A DNA stretch of 64,000 nucleotides from a virus (Duplodnaviria; Heunggongvirae; Uroviricota; Caudoviricetes), in the IMG/VR virus record IMGVR_UViG_3300005535_000017, positions 18,331 through 82,330 of that record. One strand, given 5' to 3'. Numbering within the stretch: position 1 is the stretch's first letter; every line of letters begins with the position of its first letter. Both the position numbers and the translations under genes were made by a program. This document shows, one piece after another, positions 9,591 through 21,300 of this stretch. Under the pieces are notes generated by a model that saw only the letters and a program-made list of their open reading frames with translations, ran no database searches and had not been told where the DNA came from.

Positions 9591-12500
9591 ATGCACGGAG
9601 TCGGGCAGCAGCTCAAGCTGAGGCTGTTTCTTGAGGGCATCGAGGTCCCCGTCATCGGGGTCACCGTGCAGGTGAGCTTGAACTCGCCGGCGACAGCCGC
9701 GATTCAGATCATCCCTCTCGATAGCATCATGAACTTCAAGCCGAGGACGATGGTCCATGTCTTCTTCTACGACTACACCAACGACCTGCCAGATGCGGTC
9801 CCGCCTGGCGCTGGCCCAGAGACCCAAACGGACGCTTCCATCCCCCTCTCGAACTACAGCCTCTTGTTCTGCGGTGAAGTCATCGGGCTGGCGATGCAAG
9901 AGACGCCCCTCTCCCGCTCCGCGGTTCTGCAGTGCGCGGATTTCTCGACGTACTGGGATACTGCGTACCAGATGATGATCACCTACGGCCCGAGCGGTAA
10001 CTTCCTCACGGAAGAGAGCGCAATTTGGGCCGGCGGGAACGCCATCTTCAACGACATCATCGATGGCCACTCGTCGGTGATGAATACGTACCTCAACCAG
10101 AAGCCGCAGACGCCCGGTCTCCAGAACGTGAAGGGCCTCATGGGAGGCATCATCTCGCTCCTCGAGGCTATGGGTGGCGTCCCGCGGCACACGCACGGCA
10201 TCAACGACTTCTTCACCATTGCCGAGCTCAAGAATCACCTCCTCCAGCAGATCACCGCTGAGCAGAACGACAACACGGCTCAGCGACTCTTCGATGAGAA
10301 GGAGTTCATGGCGTGGCTCGAGCGAGGTATTACCAGCCTTGGAGAGCTCGTCACGTTCCGAGACATGATCAAGCTGCTCTTCAATTGGGTCTACTACGAG
10401 GTGGTGCCGATTACGTCACCTCTCTACGTCCCTGGCGTGCAGCAGACGACCTCGACGAAGAAGGTAACCGTCTCGAGCTCATTCAACTTCCCGGCCGCCG
10501 TCGACACAGAGCTCACCGACCTCGCTCAGCAGGCGAAGAAGCAATTCGACGACGGCAATGCTCAGCTCCACAACCTCGGCTGGATCGCCAGTACGGCTCA
10601 GATCGCGCAGAACCTGATTTCCTCCCTGAACCGTATTCTTCTGACCCCGAACATGAATCCGAAGGTCACCAAGAACCTTCAGAAGGCTATCTCGTTCGCG
10701 CTCAATCTCATTCAGGCGAAGAACCAGCCAACCAAGATCGCCTCCGGGCCTGCGCACATCGGAGACAACTGGACCTCAATCCAGAACGCCCTCAACGATG
10801 CACGTGCGGCTGGCAAGGACCAGGCGAAGAAGACCACCACGCAGAAGACGGTCAACAACCCGCCAGAGCTCGATCGCCTGCAGACCCAGGTCTTCCGGCC
10901 AGATTGCTTCTTTGCTGCTCCTCCGAAGTGCAACGTCATCTTCCCGGAGCAGTACACCCAGTTCAGCTATAGTCGCAACTTCCTTCAGGAAGTGACGCGT
11001 CTTCGTCTGCAGACGGGCATGACCTTCATCCCGTCGGACGAGAAGCTTCTCGCCAACTACCACTACGCTCCATCGATGAAGGAGATCCAAGAGCTCGCCA
11101 AGAAGCAGGGCGCGTCTGGCATCCGGTCTCTTCTGCCGTGGGAGAAGTTCTCCGGCATTCTGCCCAAGTTCGAGCTCGTCTCTGAGGTCAACTACATCGC
11201 CAACAAGCGAGAGGCGCAGATCAAGAAGAACGTGGTGGGCCAGGCGGTCAACTACGCTCAGCGCGCTGCGAACTTCAACTACCTGAAGTACCGCTTCGCG
11301 GCGCGGACACTCGAGGTCTCGCTGAAGTTCAATCCGTTCTTGGTGCCTGGCTTCCCAGCACTGCTCATCACCAAGCCGTTCATTCTCGATCCGCAGTTGG
11401 TCGACGCCGCCCTGGCGGATACGAACAACAGCGAGATCAAGCCGACGGACATGACGGATATCATCGCCAACATTGGGACGCTCGCCTCCGCCTTCAGAGC
11501 GCCGACGCACTACCTCGGCATGATTGCAACGATGACGCACCAGGTGGGCCAAGAGGGAGCGACCACGAGCGTCACGATGACGCACGCCCGGTCGCACCGC
11601 ATCACCGAGGATGACTTCCTGTCGCTCTACGCGGCCCAGTACCAGTCGGATACGCAGAAGACCGAGGTGAGTACGGTCCTCGATGCGGCCTCACTCATTT
11701 CACAGGGCGACTACAAGAACCTCAAGTCTCTCATCGACATCACTACTCAGAATGCGCCTGACGAGGCGAAGCAGATCGCGCAAGACAACCAGCAGGCACA
11801 GCAGAACGTCAATCCGTTCGGCGACCAGCAGCCTCTGGACCCGTGGGAGGCCACGAGCCGGCCGAGTGCTGTCTTCCGTCCGGCAAACCTCGACAGCATC
11901 GCCCCCATCCTTCAAGCGCCCTCCATCGACCTGAGCTCAACCGTGGTGGCGTCTTCGACGCTTGTCCAACCGAGCGGGTCCATCCCTCTTCGAGCCAAGA
12001 CGATTCAGGCGGAGAGGCCGAACGGTACGAAGATTCTCTCCCCCGCCACCGCCGGCAAGCTTCGCGTCGGTCAGAAGGGTCCAAAGGGAGGGACCATCAC
12101 GCAGATCCAGGTGGCCTCCGACCAGGTCATGGCAGTGAGCATCCAGGACCTCGAGTTCGCCGAACAGGGCAAGACTGGACGGAAGCAGAGCGTTCAGACA
12201 GCTCTGAAGCCGAACAAGAACGCCAAGACGGTCTATGTCTGGCAGAAGGCTGTCATCTACGAGCAGCAGACCAGCAACAAGGTTTTGCGCCCCATTCCGG
12301 TTGAAGAGTCGCTGCGGCCGCCCTGGTTCTCGCCGCTCTACTCGAACCTCTTCATCGGGGACAACATCTACCAGCAGTTTTTTGGAACTGGGTCCATCGT
12401 CGATCAGGCCGTGTTCCAGACGCCGTTTGGCACCGGTGCGACGGGGACCAACAGGCAGAAGCAGCGCGAGCTGGTGAGCCAGGTCGAGGCGGCGGACGGT

Positions 12501-12965
12501 GACATTCAGAAGATTCAGCAGATCCTCTCGAATGCCACGCCAGATCAGCTCTCTGACATCCCGTCCATCGAGCAGTCGGCTGACGTCCTCGCCTATCTCT
12601 ACGGCGAGGTGCGGCGTCAGGGCCTGGACGTCCACCGCTTCATTGCGGACTACACCCACCGGCCGGTGGCGACGCTTGAGAACGTCTTGGGGTCTGTCGA
12701 TCTGACATATGAGCAGAACGGCAGCACCCTGAGCAAGACCGCGGGCGTGCCTGGCTTCCACTCGACGGCGGTTGGGCCCTACAGCAACCTCGTTGGTCTT
12801 CTCGACAACCCCGACCAAGAACTCCCTCGTCTCAAGACGAAGGGCAAGAAGTTCGCGATCTCGAAGGCTCTCGACCCGAGACCGGATCGGCGTGCCGCGG
12901 TGCAGGAGTATTCCGATGAGCTTGGCGGAGGTACGGGATCCTTGGGTATCGGGCTCTTAGGCTGA
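9591..12965 (+). CDS. Putative baseplate hub protein
   Basis: 1124 aa; LRLFLEGIEVPV...PRTMVHVF...LFCGEV...LQCADF and LKFNPFLVPGFP..HQV segments resemble hub folds; position. Confidence 0.5.
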   Translation: MHGVGQQLKLRLFLEGIEVPVIGVTVQVSLNSPATAAIQIIPLDSIMNFKPRTMVHVFFYDYTNDLPDAVPPGAGPETQTDASIPLSNYSLLFCGEVIGLAMQETPLSRSAVLQCADFSTYWDTAYQMMITYGPSGNFLTEESAIWAGGNAIFNDIIDGHSSVMNTYLNQKPQTPGLQNVKGLMGGIISLLEAMGGVPRHTHGINDFFTIAELKNHLLQQITAEQNDNTAQRLFDEKEFMAWLERGITSLGELVTFRDMIKLLFNWVYYEVVPITSPLYVPGVQQTTSTKKVTVSSSFNFPAAVDTELTDLAQQAKKQFDDGNAQLHNLGWIASTAQIAQNLISSLNRILLTPNMNPKVTKNLQKAISFALNLIQAKNQPTKIASGPAHIGDNWTSIQNALNDARAAGKDQAKKTTTQKTVNNPPELDRLQTQVFRPDCFFAAPPKCNVIFPEQYTQFSYSRNFLQEVTRLRLQTGMTFIPSDEKLLANYHYAPSMKEIQELAKKQGASGIRSLLPWEKFSGILPKFELVSEVNYIANKREAQIKKNVVGQAVNYAQRAANFNYLKYRFAARTLEVSLKFNPFLVPGFPALLITKPFILDPQLVDAALADTNNSEIKPTDMTDIIANIGTLASAFRAPTHYLGMIATMTHQVGQEGATTSVTMTHARSHRITEDDFLSLYAAQYQSDTQKTEVSTVLDAASLISQGDYKNLKSLIDITTQNAPDEAKQIAQDNQQAQQNVNPFGDQQPLDPWEATSRPSAVFRPANLDSIAPILQAPSIDLSSTVVASSTLVQPSGSIPLRAKTIQAERPNGTKILSPATAGKLRVGQKGPKGGTITQIQVASDQVMAVSIQDLEFAEQGKTGRKQSVQTALKPNKNAKTVYVWQKAVIYEQQTSNKVLRPIPVEESLRPPWFSPLYSNLFIGDNIYQQFFGTGSIVDQAVFQTPFGTGATGTNRQKQRELVSQVEAADGDIQKIQQILSNATPDQLSDIPSIEQSADVLAYLYGEVRRQGLDVHRFIADYTHRPVATLENVLGSVDLTYEQNGSTLSKTAGVPGFHSTAVGPYSNLVGLLDNPDQELPRLKTKGKKFAISKALDPRPDRRAAVQEYSDELGGGTGSLGIGLLG

Positions 12966-12975
12966 CAAACCACTT

Positions 12976-13004
12976 CCCGCCAGGCCCTGCGGCGGGTATC
13001 TTCT
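12976..13004 (+). terminator. Possible terminator hairpin
   Basis: CCCGCC/GGCGGG stem followed by TATCTTCT after the hub gene. Confidence 0.35.
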
Positions 13005-13018
13005 GGTACGGAGGACGC

Positions 13019-13234
13019 ATGGACTTCACGAAGAAAATGGCGGCAGCTTTCGAAGACGAGCTCAAGAAGATCGCCTTCGAGAAGCAAGCCAGCGCAGCAG
13101 CCGCGGTGGCGAAGAAGCCGTCGCTCCTCGTCCCTGGTCTGGTCGCCGGCTCTCTCGGTACCCTGGCTCTCCAGCGCGCCCACAAGGACTGGCGGATGGG
13201 TCGCGCCATGCGGATGCAGAACCAGGCCTACTGA
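13019..13234 (+). CDS. Small protein with FEDELKKIA motif; putative internal virion protein
   Basis: GGAGG RBS; motif at aa 11-19; C-terminal hydrophobic helix. Confidence 0.7.
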   Translation: MDFTKKMAAAFEDELKKIAFEKQASAAAAVAKKPSLLVPGLVAGSLGTLALQRAHKDWRMGRAMRMQNQAY

Positions 13235-13845
13235 TGAACCTCTTGGGCTACAGGGCCTTCACGGCCGAGCTGATCAAGATCGCCACCGAGGTTCAGGACG
13301 CGGACATTCGGGCGATGATGGCCGAGGCAAAGGGCAAGGAGTACCTGCCCGGCGGCCAGATCAGATCGAACGCCGAAGTCGAGACCAACTTCAAGCCGAA
13401 GCTTGCCATGGGCTTCATGGGCTACACCCCGCCCAGCGCCTACAACTGGCGCGGCAAGAAGCCGACGGCGACAGGCACTCCCTACGAGACTGCCTCCAAC
13501 TTTGCCTCTGCAGCACTCAAGGGCGGCATGACGGGGGCTGGTGCGGCGACGCTGGCGCACACCCTCCATCACGGCCACGATTTCAAGATTCCACCGAAGC
13601 ACCTGGGAAAGGCCGTGGCGCTCGGCAGCGGTGTTGCTCTCGCCGATCGGGCGCTCCGCCGGCGGGCGGTCATCAAGCAGCAGAAGATGAAGACTGCAAT
13701 GCTCGGCTCCAGCACCTTCACTCCTGCTCGAGCACTCCAGACGGGGCAGCAGCAGGGACACTTCGAAAACAAGCTACACCGCGGCGTCGTGAAGTCGATG
13801 CCCGGCATGATCGGCCGCGAGTCCAGCGCGCCACAAGGAGTCTGA
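13234..13845 (+). CDS. Protein with FTAELIKIA motif; putative internal virion protein
   Basis: TGATG coupling; motif at aa 9-17; further KLA and KTA sites; Gly/Ala hydrophobic segments. Confidence 0.7.
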   Translation: MNLLGYRAFTAELIKIATEVQDADIRAMMAEAKGKEYLPGGQIRSNAEVETNFKPKLAMGFMGYTPPSAYNWRGKKPTATGTPYETASNFASAALKGGMTGAGAATLAHTLHHGHDFKIPPKHLGKAVALGSGVALADRALRRRAVIKQQKMKTAMLGSSTFTPARALQTGQQQGHFENKLHRGVVKSMPGMIGRESSAPQGV

Positions 13846-13846
13846 G

Positions 13847-14230
13847 ATGCTGCGTCGAGACGACTACATCAAGATGCTGGAGAAGCGGGCATCGATCTCC
13901 GATGGCGGGAAGATCGGCCCGACGTTCGACCACGACGTCGACAGCGCGGCCGTCGCCAACTCCGAGCACGACAAGAACCTCAACGACAACCGCAATACGC
14001 TCGGCACCCTCTTCAAGAACATGGGAGAGGCTCAGAAGGTCGAGACGCGGTTTGCCAACAAGTGGTTCCCGTCGGACAAGTTCGAGAAGGACACGTCAGC
14101 GCCCCTGCTCAAGGTGGCGATGGCAGTCCTGAACGAGTCGAGCACGTTCCAGGCATATCCGACGCATTACAAGGCTGCGGCAGTGCGCAGCTTCATCAAC
14201 GAGCTGGGCGCAATCCGCACGGGTGGCTGA
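13847..14230 (+). CDS. Hypothetical protein (EKRA near N-terminus, FINELGAI at C-terminus)
   Basis: Operon coupling. Confidence 0.7.
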   Translation: MLRRDDYIKMLEKRASISDGGKIGPTFDHDVDSAAVANSEHDKNLNDNRNTLGTLFKNMGEAQKVETRFANKWFPSDKFEKDTSAPLLKVAMAVLNESSTFQAYPTHYKAAAVRSFINELGAIRTGG

Positions 14231-15048
14231 TGCTCAACCGGCAGTTGGCGCACATCCCGGACTACCACACGCAGATCCTCGATCTCTTCCTCGATCAGCA
14301 CGTCAAGACAGCCGCGCCGAAGAAGTCGCGGGAGGAGATGAAGGAGACGCAGAAGAAGGAGCTCGAGCTCTGGCACCATTGGAACACCCATGGTCAGAAG
14401 CCGGAGCACCTCATCCCTCTGTACGAGAGCTACAAGCCACTTCTCGTTCGAGAGGCGAATAAGTACGCCAACAAGGTCGAGATTCCAACCGCCGCCATCC
14501 ATCACGAGATTGATCGGCACTTCGTCAACGCTATCAAGACCTTCAACCCCAAGCGCGGAACTCAGCTCAACACCTGGGTCCAGACGAACCTGCAGAAGTC
14601 GTCTCGCTACATCAAGACCTACCAGAACATCGGCAAGATCCCCGAGGGGCAGATCTCCCAGATTCGTCGATTTGATGCGGCGAAGGAGCATCTGATGAAC
14701 CAACTCGGGCACGAGCCGGATACCAAGACGTTGGCCGACCATCTTGGTTGGCCTCAGCGCCGCGTCGTTCAGATGATCAAGGAGCGCCGGCGAGATCTTC
14801 CAGCGTCTGGTTTCGAGAGCGACCCCGCTGAGCTCATGACGCCCAAGGAGCTCGAGGCGATCAAGCTGATGCAGTACGACCTCACGCCCGAAGAGCGGAC
14901 GGTCTACGAGTACACCTTCGGCATGAATGGCAAGCCTCGCCATCAGCCGGGCCAGATCGCCAAGACGACCGGCATTCACCCTTCCAAGGTCTCCCGCATC
15001 CGTAATCGCCTCGTCGACAAGCTGAAAGAGGCAATGGAGCTGGTCTGA
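14230..15048 (+). CDS. RNA polymerase sigma-70 family factor (regions 2, 3, 4; no region 1.1)
   Basis: Start at TGATG overlap 14230. Region 2 AIKTFNPKRGTQLNTWV, region 3 QLGHEPDTKTLADHLGW, region 4 HTH LTPEERTVYEYTFG...QIAKTTGIHPSKVSRIRNR. Confidence 0.85.
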   Translation: MLNRQLAHIPDYHTQILDLFLDQHVKTAAPKKSREEMKETQKKELELWHHWNTHGQKPEHLIPLYESYKPLLVREANKYANKVEIPTAAIHHEIDRHFVNAIKTFNPKRGTQLNTWVQTNLQKSSRYIKTYQNIGKIPEGQISQIRRFDAAKEHLMNQLGHEPDTKTLADHLGWPQRRVVQMIKERRRDLPASGFESDPAELMTPKELEAIKLMQYDLTPEERTVYEYTFGMNGKPRHQPGQIAKTTGIHPSKVSRIRNRLVDKLKEAMELV

Positions 15049-15275
15049 TGGCTGGTGCAGCGCAGAGACTCCAAGAGCTCAAAGATGCCGCCGACGACTG
15101 GTTCTCGAAAGAGAAGAACCGGTTGAATGCACAATTCGACTTCCTCGACAACATCTCCAAGAAGCGAGGAGGCAGCGTCGGTCTTCAAGACGCCAACGCT
15201 CAGGGCGCTTCGAAAATTCTGGCCAACTCGATCAACGACTATCTCGGCTCCCCGCTAGAACCTTCTAACGAGTAG
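15048..15275 (+). CDS. Hypothetical protein (75 aa)
   Basis: TGATG coupling to the sigma gene. Confidence 0.65.
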   Translation: MAGAAQRLQELKDAADDWFSKEKNRLNAQFDFLDNISKKRGGSVGLQDANAQGASKILANSINDYLGSPLEPSNE

Positions 15276-15330
15276 TTCTCTTCCCAGTCCTTCCCCATCA
15301 GGGGAGAATGCTGGACGGAGGACTCCACAA

Positions 15331-18300
15331 GTGTCGGTACCGACGAGGCTATGCCGAGCTGCTGTGTGGGCGCTTGCGCTCTTCACAGCATCTGCAGCAC
15401 TTGCACAATCCCCTTCGCCGACGCCGTCATACACCACGATTCAAAATGGTGGAACGGCTCTGCCTCAGAGGCGCATCGCCAATTTCAGCGGTGCGCTCCA
15501 GGCGACGGATAATTCCGGGTCGAACAGAACCGACGTCACTATTCCGAACGGCTCGATCGGCAATGCGCTTCTCGCCAACTCGACGATCAGCATCCAGGGA
15601 TCGTCTCCACTCGGTGGTGGCAGCCCGACCGTTCCTCTTGGTGGCTCTGTTCTTCTGACCTGCGCTACCTGCCTCACCGGCACTCCTACCGCCGGCGGCG
15701 ACCTCATGTACTCGATCAGTGGTGGCCAGGCCATGGCCCCGCTGGCAGATGTTGCGGCCGGCTCCTATCTGCGAAGCGGAGGTGTTGGAGCTCTGCCGCT
15801 GTGGTCGACGCTCAAACTTCCGAATGCGGCTACTACCGGCGATATTCTCATCGCCACTGGTACGAACTCGATTGGCAGCTTGGCGGATGTCGCGACTGGA
15901 TCAGTTCTCGTCTCTGGCGGAGTTGGAACGGCGCCGACGTGGAGCACGTCTCTTCCATCTGGCGTGCTCCCCAGCGTTGGCCCGGGTGCCGGAACGTACA
16001 CCTGGTCAACGGGTGATAGCGTCGGACTCGATGCGCAGGGACGAGTCACTGCCGTCACAAACGTCACCCGCACGCTGACAGGCGGAACAGGCATCAATGC
16101 GATCGGAGACCTCTCCGCCGACCGCACGATCTCAGTCAATCAGGGATTCAGCCCAACCTGGACCGGAACGCATACGTTTACGCTGGCCCCAGTCATTGGT
16201 GACGGTACGGGAACGACGAAATCGATCTCGTTCGACAACCTCGCCGGGCTTGGAACGCTGAGCTGGAATCCGAGCACGACGAGAACGCTTACCCTCCCAG
16301 ACGCAACCGATACCATTGTCGGCCGGGCTACCGCTGACACGCTGACGAACAAGACAATCAGCGGCGCCTCCAACACGCTGACCAACATCGGCAACGGCTC
16401 GCTGACCAACAGCTCCGTCACCATCAACACCACAGCACCGGTGGGCGGCGGAGGAACAGTCTCTCTTGGCGGCTCGCTTACGCTGACTTGCAGCACTTGC
16501 CTTGTTGGAACACCGACGGCAACTGGCGACATCCTGTACTCGACCGCGGGAGGCCAGTCACTCTCTCCGCTCGCCGACGTCGCGGTCGGATCATACCTGC
16601 GGAGCGGAGGCGTTGGTGCTGCGCCTCTTTGGTCTACACTCATTCTCCCGAACGCAGCGACTACGGGTGACCTATTCGCGGCGAGCGCCTCGAATACGAT
16701 GGGTCGAATCACCGCTGTTGCGGTGAACCAAGTCCTTCTGTCACAGGGCGTCGGGACTCTTCCTGCGTGGGGAACTGTCCCGAATGCGGCTCTGACGAAC
16801 AGCTCCATCACCATCTCTACAACTTCGCCAATCACTGGCGGTACCACAGTGTCGCTGGGCGGTACTGTCACTCTCGCCTGCGCGACTTGCATCGTTGGTA
16901 CACCGTCAGCGATCGGCGATATCCTCTACTCGACGAGCGGCGGTCAGGCCATGACCGCGCTCGCAGACGTTGCTGCTGGCTCGTACCTCCGCTCGGGAGG
17001 CTCGTCTGCCGCACCGCTCTGGTCGACGCTGACTCTTCCGAACGCCGCAACGACGGGCGATCTGTTGGCTGCCACAGCCACGAACGCAGTCGGCCGCATC
17101 ACTGCTGTCGCGGTGAATCAGGTTCTTCTGTCGCAGGGCACAGGAACACTACCTGCTTGGGGAACCGTTCCGAACGCAGCACTGACGAATAGCTCGGTCA
17201 CGATCAGCACGACCGGCCCTCTTGGAGGCGGTGGGTCCGTCTCCTTGGGCGGCACGCTTACTCTTACCTGCACAACCTGCCTCACTGGTACCCCGACAAC
17301 TACCGGCGACCTGATGTACTCGACGTCCGGCGGACAGGCAATGTCTCGCCTCGCCGACGTCACTGCTGGCTCCTATCTACGGTCTGGCGGAACGGCGGCT
17401 GCTCCAGTCTGGTCGACACTGGCCTTGCCCAATGCGGCGACAACGGGCGACATCCTTTACGCAACTGGATCGAATACAATCGGCAACCTTGCAGATGTCG
17501 CGACGAACCAAGTGCTGCTCTCTGGCGGCGTTGGTGTTGCGCCGTCTTGGGGTACAGTTCCGAATGCGGCGCTAGCCAACAGCTCCATCACCGTCACGGG
17601 AACGGCGGGGCAGATCAGCGTCAGCGGCAGCCCTGTCTCTCTCGGAGGCACGGTCACCATCGGTCTTCCGAACGTCGGCCCTGGTGCTGGCACGATCGGC
17701 GGTGGCGGCAACTTCATCAGCTCAGTCACTCTCGATGCGCAGGGCCGGGTTACGGCGGCTACATCGAGCGGAGTTAGCGGTACGATCGGTGGCTTGACCT
17801 CTGGGCGTATCCCTGTCGCCTCGAGCTCGACGACACTTGCCGACTCGAATCTGACGTGGGCGAGCAATACTCTCGATGCAACCGTCAGCGCTGTCACTCT
17901 CGGTGGCACAATGCTCACACTTCAGTGGGCAAGTGGAACGAGCAAGACGCTCAATGTTGCGACGGCTGCGGCTGACACTGCTGGAACGACTTTCACCGTT
18001 CAGGCTGGTAATGGCGGTGCCGCTTCAGCGACGGGTGGTGGCAGCGGCGCAACTCTTAACCTGAACGGCGGAACCGGCGGCGCGGGCACTGCCTCGCTGA
18101 CTGGTGGCGCGGGTGGCCAGAGTGTCATCCAGGGTGCTTCTGGCGGCGCTGGCACGGCTACGGCCCTTGGTGGCAACGGTGGCGCAGGTACTGTTCGTGG
18201 TGGGCCTGGTGGAACGAATAACGGCGCAGGTGGTGGTACTGCTGGTACTGCATCAATTCGAGGCGGCACGGGTGTCGCCCCCAGCGGCAGCAATAACACC

Positions 18301-21300
18301 GGCGCGGCGGGCGGTCTAACACAAGTTCTTGGCGCCATCCCTGCCGACGGTACCGCATCGGCTGTTGGCGGCGCTGCTGGTGCGATTCAGATCAGTGGCC
18401 AGGCAGGTGGCGCAGATAATGGTGCCGGTGCAGGTACTGGGTCCTCAATTACCATCACCGCCGGCATTGGTCGAGCGGGTCTCGCAAGCAGTGGCAACAG
18501 TGGCTCTTCGGCGGGTGCAATTACCATCTCGAGCGCTCAGAGTGGCAACGGCGGTTCTGGCGTTACGAACGGCAATGGTGGTAATGGCGCTACGAGCGCA
18601 GCGTGGGCATGGACCGCGAACAAGGGTGGCGACGCCGGAGCAGGTAACGGCACTGGCAACGGCGGCATCGGCGGTAATGGTGCAGCGTGGACCATTCAGG
18701 CTGGCGCAGGCGGGCAGGGTGGTACCGGAACGGCCCCAGGCGCCTCGGGCACGGGCGGAACCCTCACACTGCAGTCCGGCAATGGCGGTCTCGTCCAGGG
18801 TAGCAATGGTGGAGCGAGCGCTGGCAACGTCGTCATCGATACGGGCACCACTTCTGGGTCAGCAGCAGCCGGCACCATCACCATCGGTGGGACCAACAGT
18901 GGTCAGGTGAGCATCGGCCGCTCTGGCCAGAACATCATCATCCCAGGCGGCATTGTCCGCGCCACCACTCCAGGCACTGGCGTGGCCGGCACTGCTCTAC
19001 TCTTCGGCCAAGGCAACGGTGGCAACGGCTCTGGTGCGACGCCTGGTGGTGCTGGTGGCACTGCCACGCTGTTTGCGGGCCAGGGTGGTACGGCGACGAC
19101 TACGTCTGGAGGCACTGCTGGTGTTGGTGGTGCGGCGACTGTGCAGGGCGGTCAGGGCGGCACGGGCGCGGCTTCGACAAACGGCCCAGGCAACGGTGGT
19201 GGCGTCAACATCAATGGTGGCTCGGGCGGTACTTCTGGCGGCACTGGCGGCGGCAACGGCGGCTCGGTCGCAATCAATGGTGGTGCTCTATCCGGCACGG
19301 GCGTCAACGGCTCAATCACCATTGGAACGACCTCGACGGCCGGAATCACCATCGGCGGTACTACTCTTACAACGGGGCCGATCTTCAATACGGCGAGCGC
19401 AACGTCTTACGTCTGGCGCTTCAACAATACGACCAACCTGACGCTGTCCGCCTCGATCCTGCAGTTCTCGGGAACGGCCAACGCTACGTACAACATCGGG
19501 ACGGCTGCGACAGACGTCGCGGGCAAGAACCTCACGGTGAACGCGGGCAACGCCGGCACCGCTTCGACGGTGAATGGCCAGAGCGGCGGCACGATGACCG
19601 TTCGCGCTGGTGCCGGTGCGGCTGCTACCAGCACCCTCTTCGCGGGCGACGGTGGGCCGACCAGCCTCACGGGCGGTACGGGTGGTGCTGGATCGGCGGC
19701 GCAGGCGTCTGGCAACGGCGGCCTTCTCACGATTGCAGGTGGTGATGCGGGAGCTGATGGTGGAGCCGGACAGGGCAACGGTGGTGGCGTTACTATCAGC
19801 GGTGGCAACACGGTCTCCGGCTCATTCGGCAATATCAATATCTGCACCACCAACACCAACAACTGCAATATTGGCGCGACCGGAATCTCCCTCGCACTGA
19901 ATTTCAGTGACGGCACTACGCAGACAACGGCCTATACCGCAGCCGCTAATACGCTCTCTTCGGTATATGCGCACGGATCAACGACGGGAAATCAAACGAT
20001 CACGACGTCCTCCGCCAATGGTGGTGGCGTCATCATTGCCAACAACGGCACCGTCGCTGACACGCTCATTGTGAAGGATGGCTTTGGTACTGCCGTCATC
20101 GATGTGCAGACGGTTGGTAGTCCCGCCAATGTCGCAATTGGCGGCACGATGTCGATCAACAACACGCTCACTATCTCTGGAACCAGCCAGGCCATCGCCT
20201 TCGGAGGTGGCGATCTGGCGATGGACATCGGCTCCAATGCGGCTCGTGGTCGCAACTTCTTTGCCTCGCAGTTGACAGCAGGTACGGTGGCGGCTGCGAA
20301 CGACACCGCTGGCACGCCTTTGGCCCTCGGAGCTCAGCTTGGAGGCCCAGGTAGTTCAGTTGCTGGTGGAGCCGGTGGTGATATCTCCGTCGTTGCTGGC
20401 GGCGGCGGAAATGGGTTTGCGTTTGCGCCTGGTGCTGCTGGCCGAGTCTTCATAACTGCCGGTGCAGGAAATACAAGCAGCGGAAGCAGCGCTACTGTTG
20501 GCGGTGCGGTCAACATCAATGGCGGTGTCGGTGGTAATAGCGGCGGTTCTGGCCTAGCTGTTGGCGCCGGTGGCGCGGTCAATATTACTGGCGGTAATGC
20601 AGGCACGTGGACTACGGGAGCTACGGGCGGCGCCGGTGGTGCCGTTGTGCTCACGGGTGGAACTCCGGCATCAAGTGCCGCTGCGACTGGCGGCGGTATC
20701 CAACTCAACGCTGCTGCGGGTTCCGTTGGTAGCTCAAGCGCAGCCCCTGGCGCAGGTGGCTCGATTCAGCTCTTGGCCGGTGCTGGTAACACGATGATCT
20801 CCGGCTTCACTGGATCTGGCGCACAGGGTGGTGCGGTTACGATCACCGCTGGTGCCGGTAGCGATTCGAGCGGAACGGCGACGACGTCTGGCGCTGCAGG
20901 AACGGTCACTATCACGGCGGGTAAGGGCGGCGCCGGTGGTGCGTCAGATGGTGGTGCTGTGGGCGGCGCTGCGGCTCTTATCGCTGGTGCTGGCGGAGCA
21001 AATAATAACGGATCTGCTTCTGGTAACGGTGGCGCTGCATCTTTGCAGGGTGGAGCAGGTGGAGCGACCAACAACAACTCCATCTCTGGCGGAACTGGCG
21101 GTGCCGCTCAAATCATCGGCGGAAACGGTGGAAACGGCAGTGCCCAGGGCCCCCCAGGTCCTGGTGGTAACGTCACCATCACCGCTGGCAACTCAGGCTC
21201 TGTTGGTGCGTTCGGCGGCAACGTCAACGGTGGCAGTGTCACGATCGATGGCGGAACGAAGGTCAACAGTGGCACCGCCGGCACCATCACGATTGGTGGC

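Noticed and set aside
14062-14229. Longer 328-aa start for the sigma gene, and the long starts given for 23847, 23929, 39954, 46798, 47097, 50890 and 52519
   Set aside because: They overlap upstream genes heavily; coupled or RBS-supported starts lie downstream
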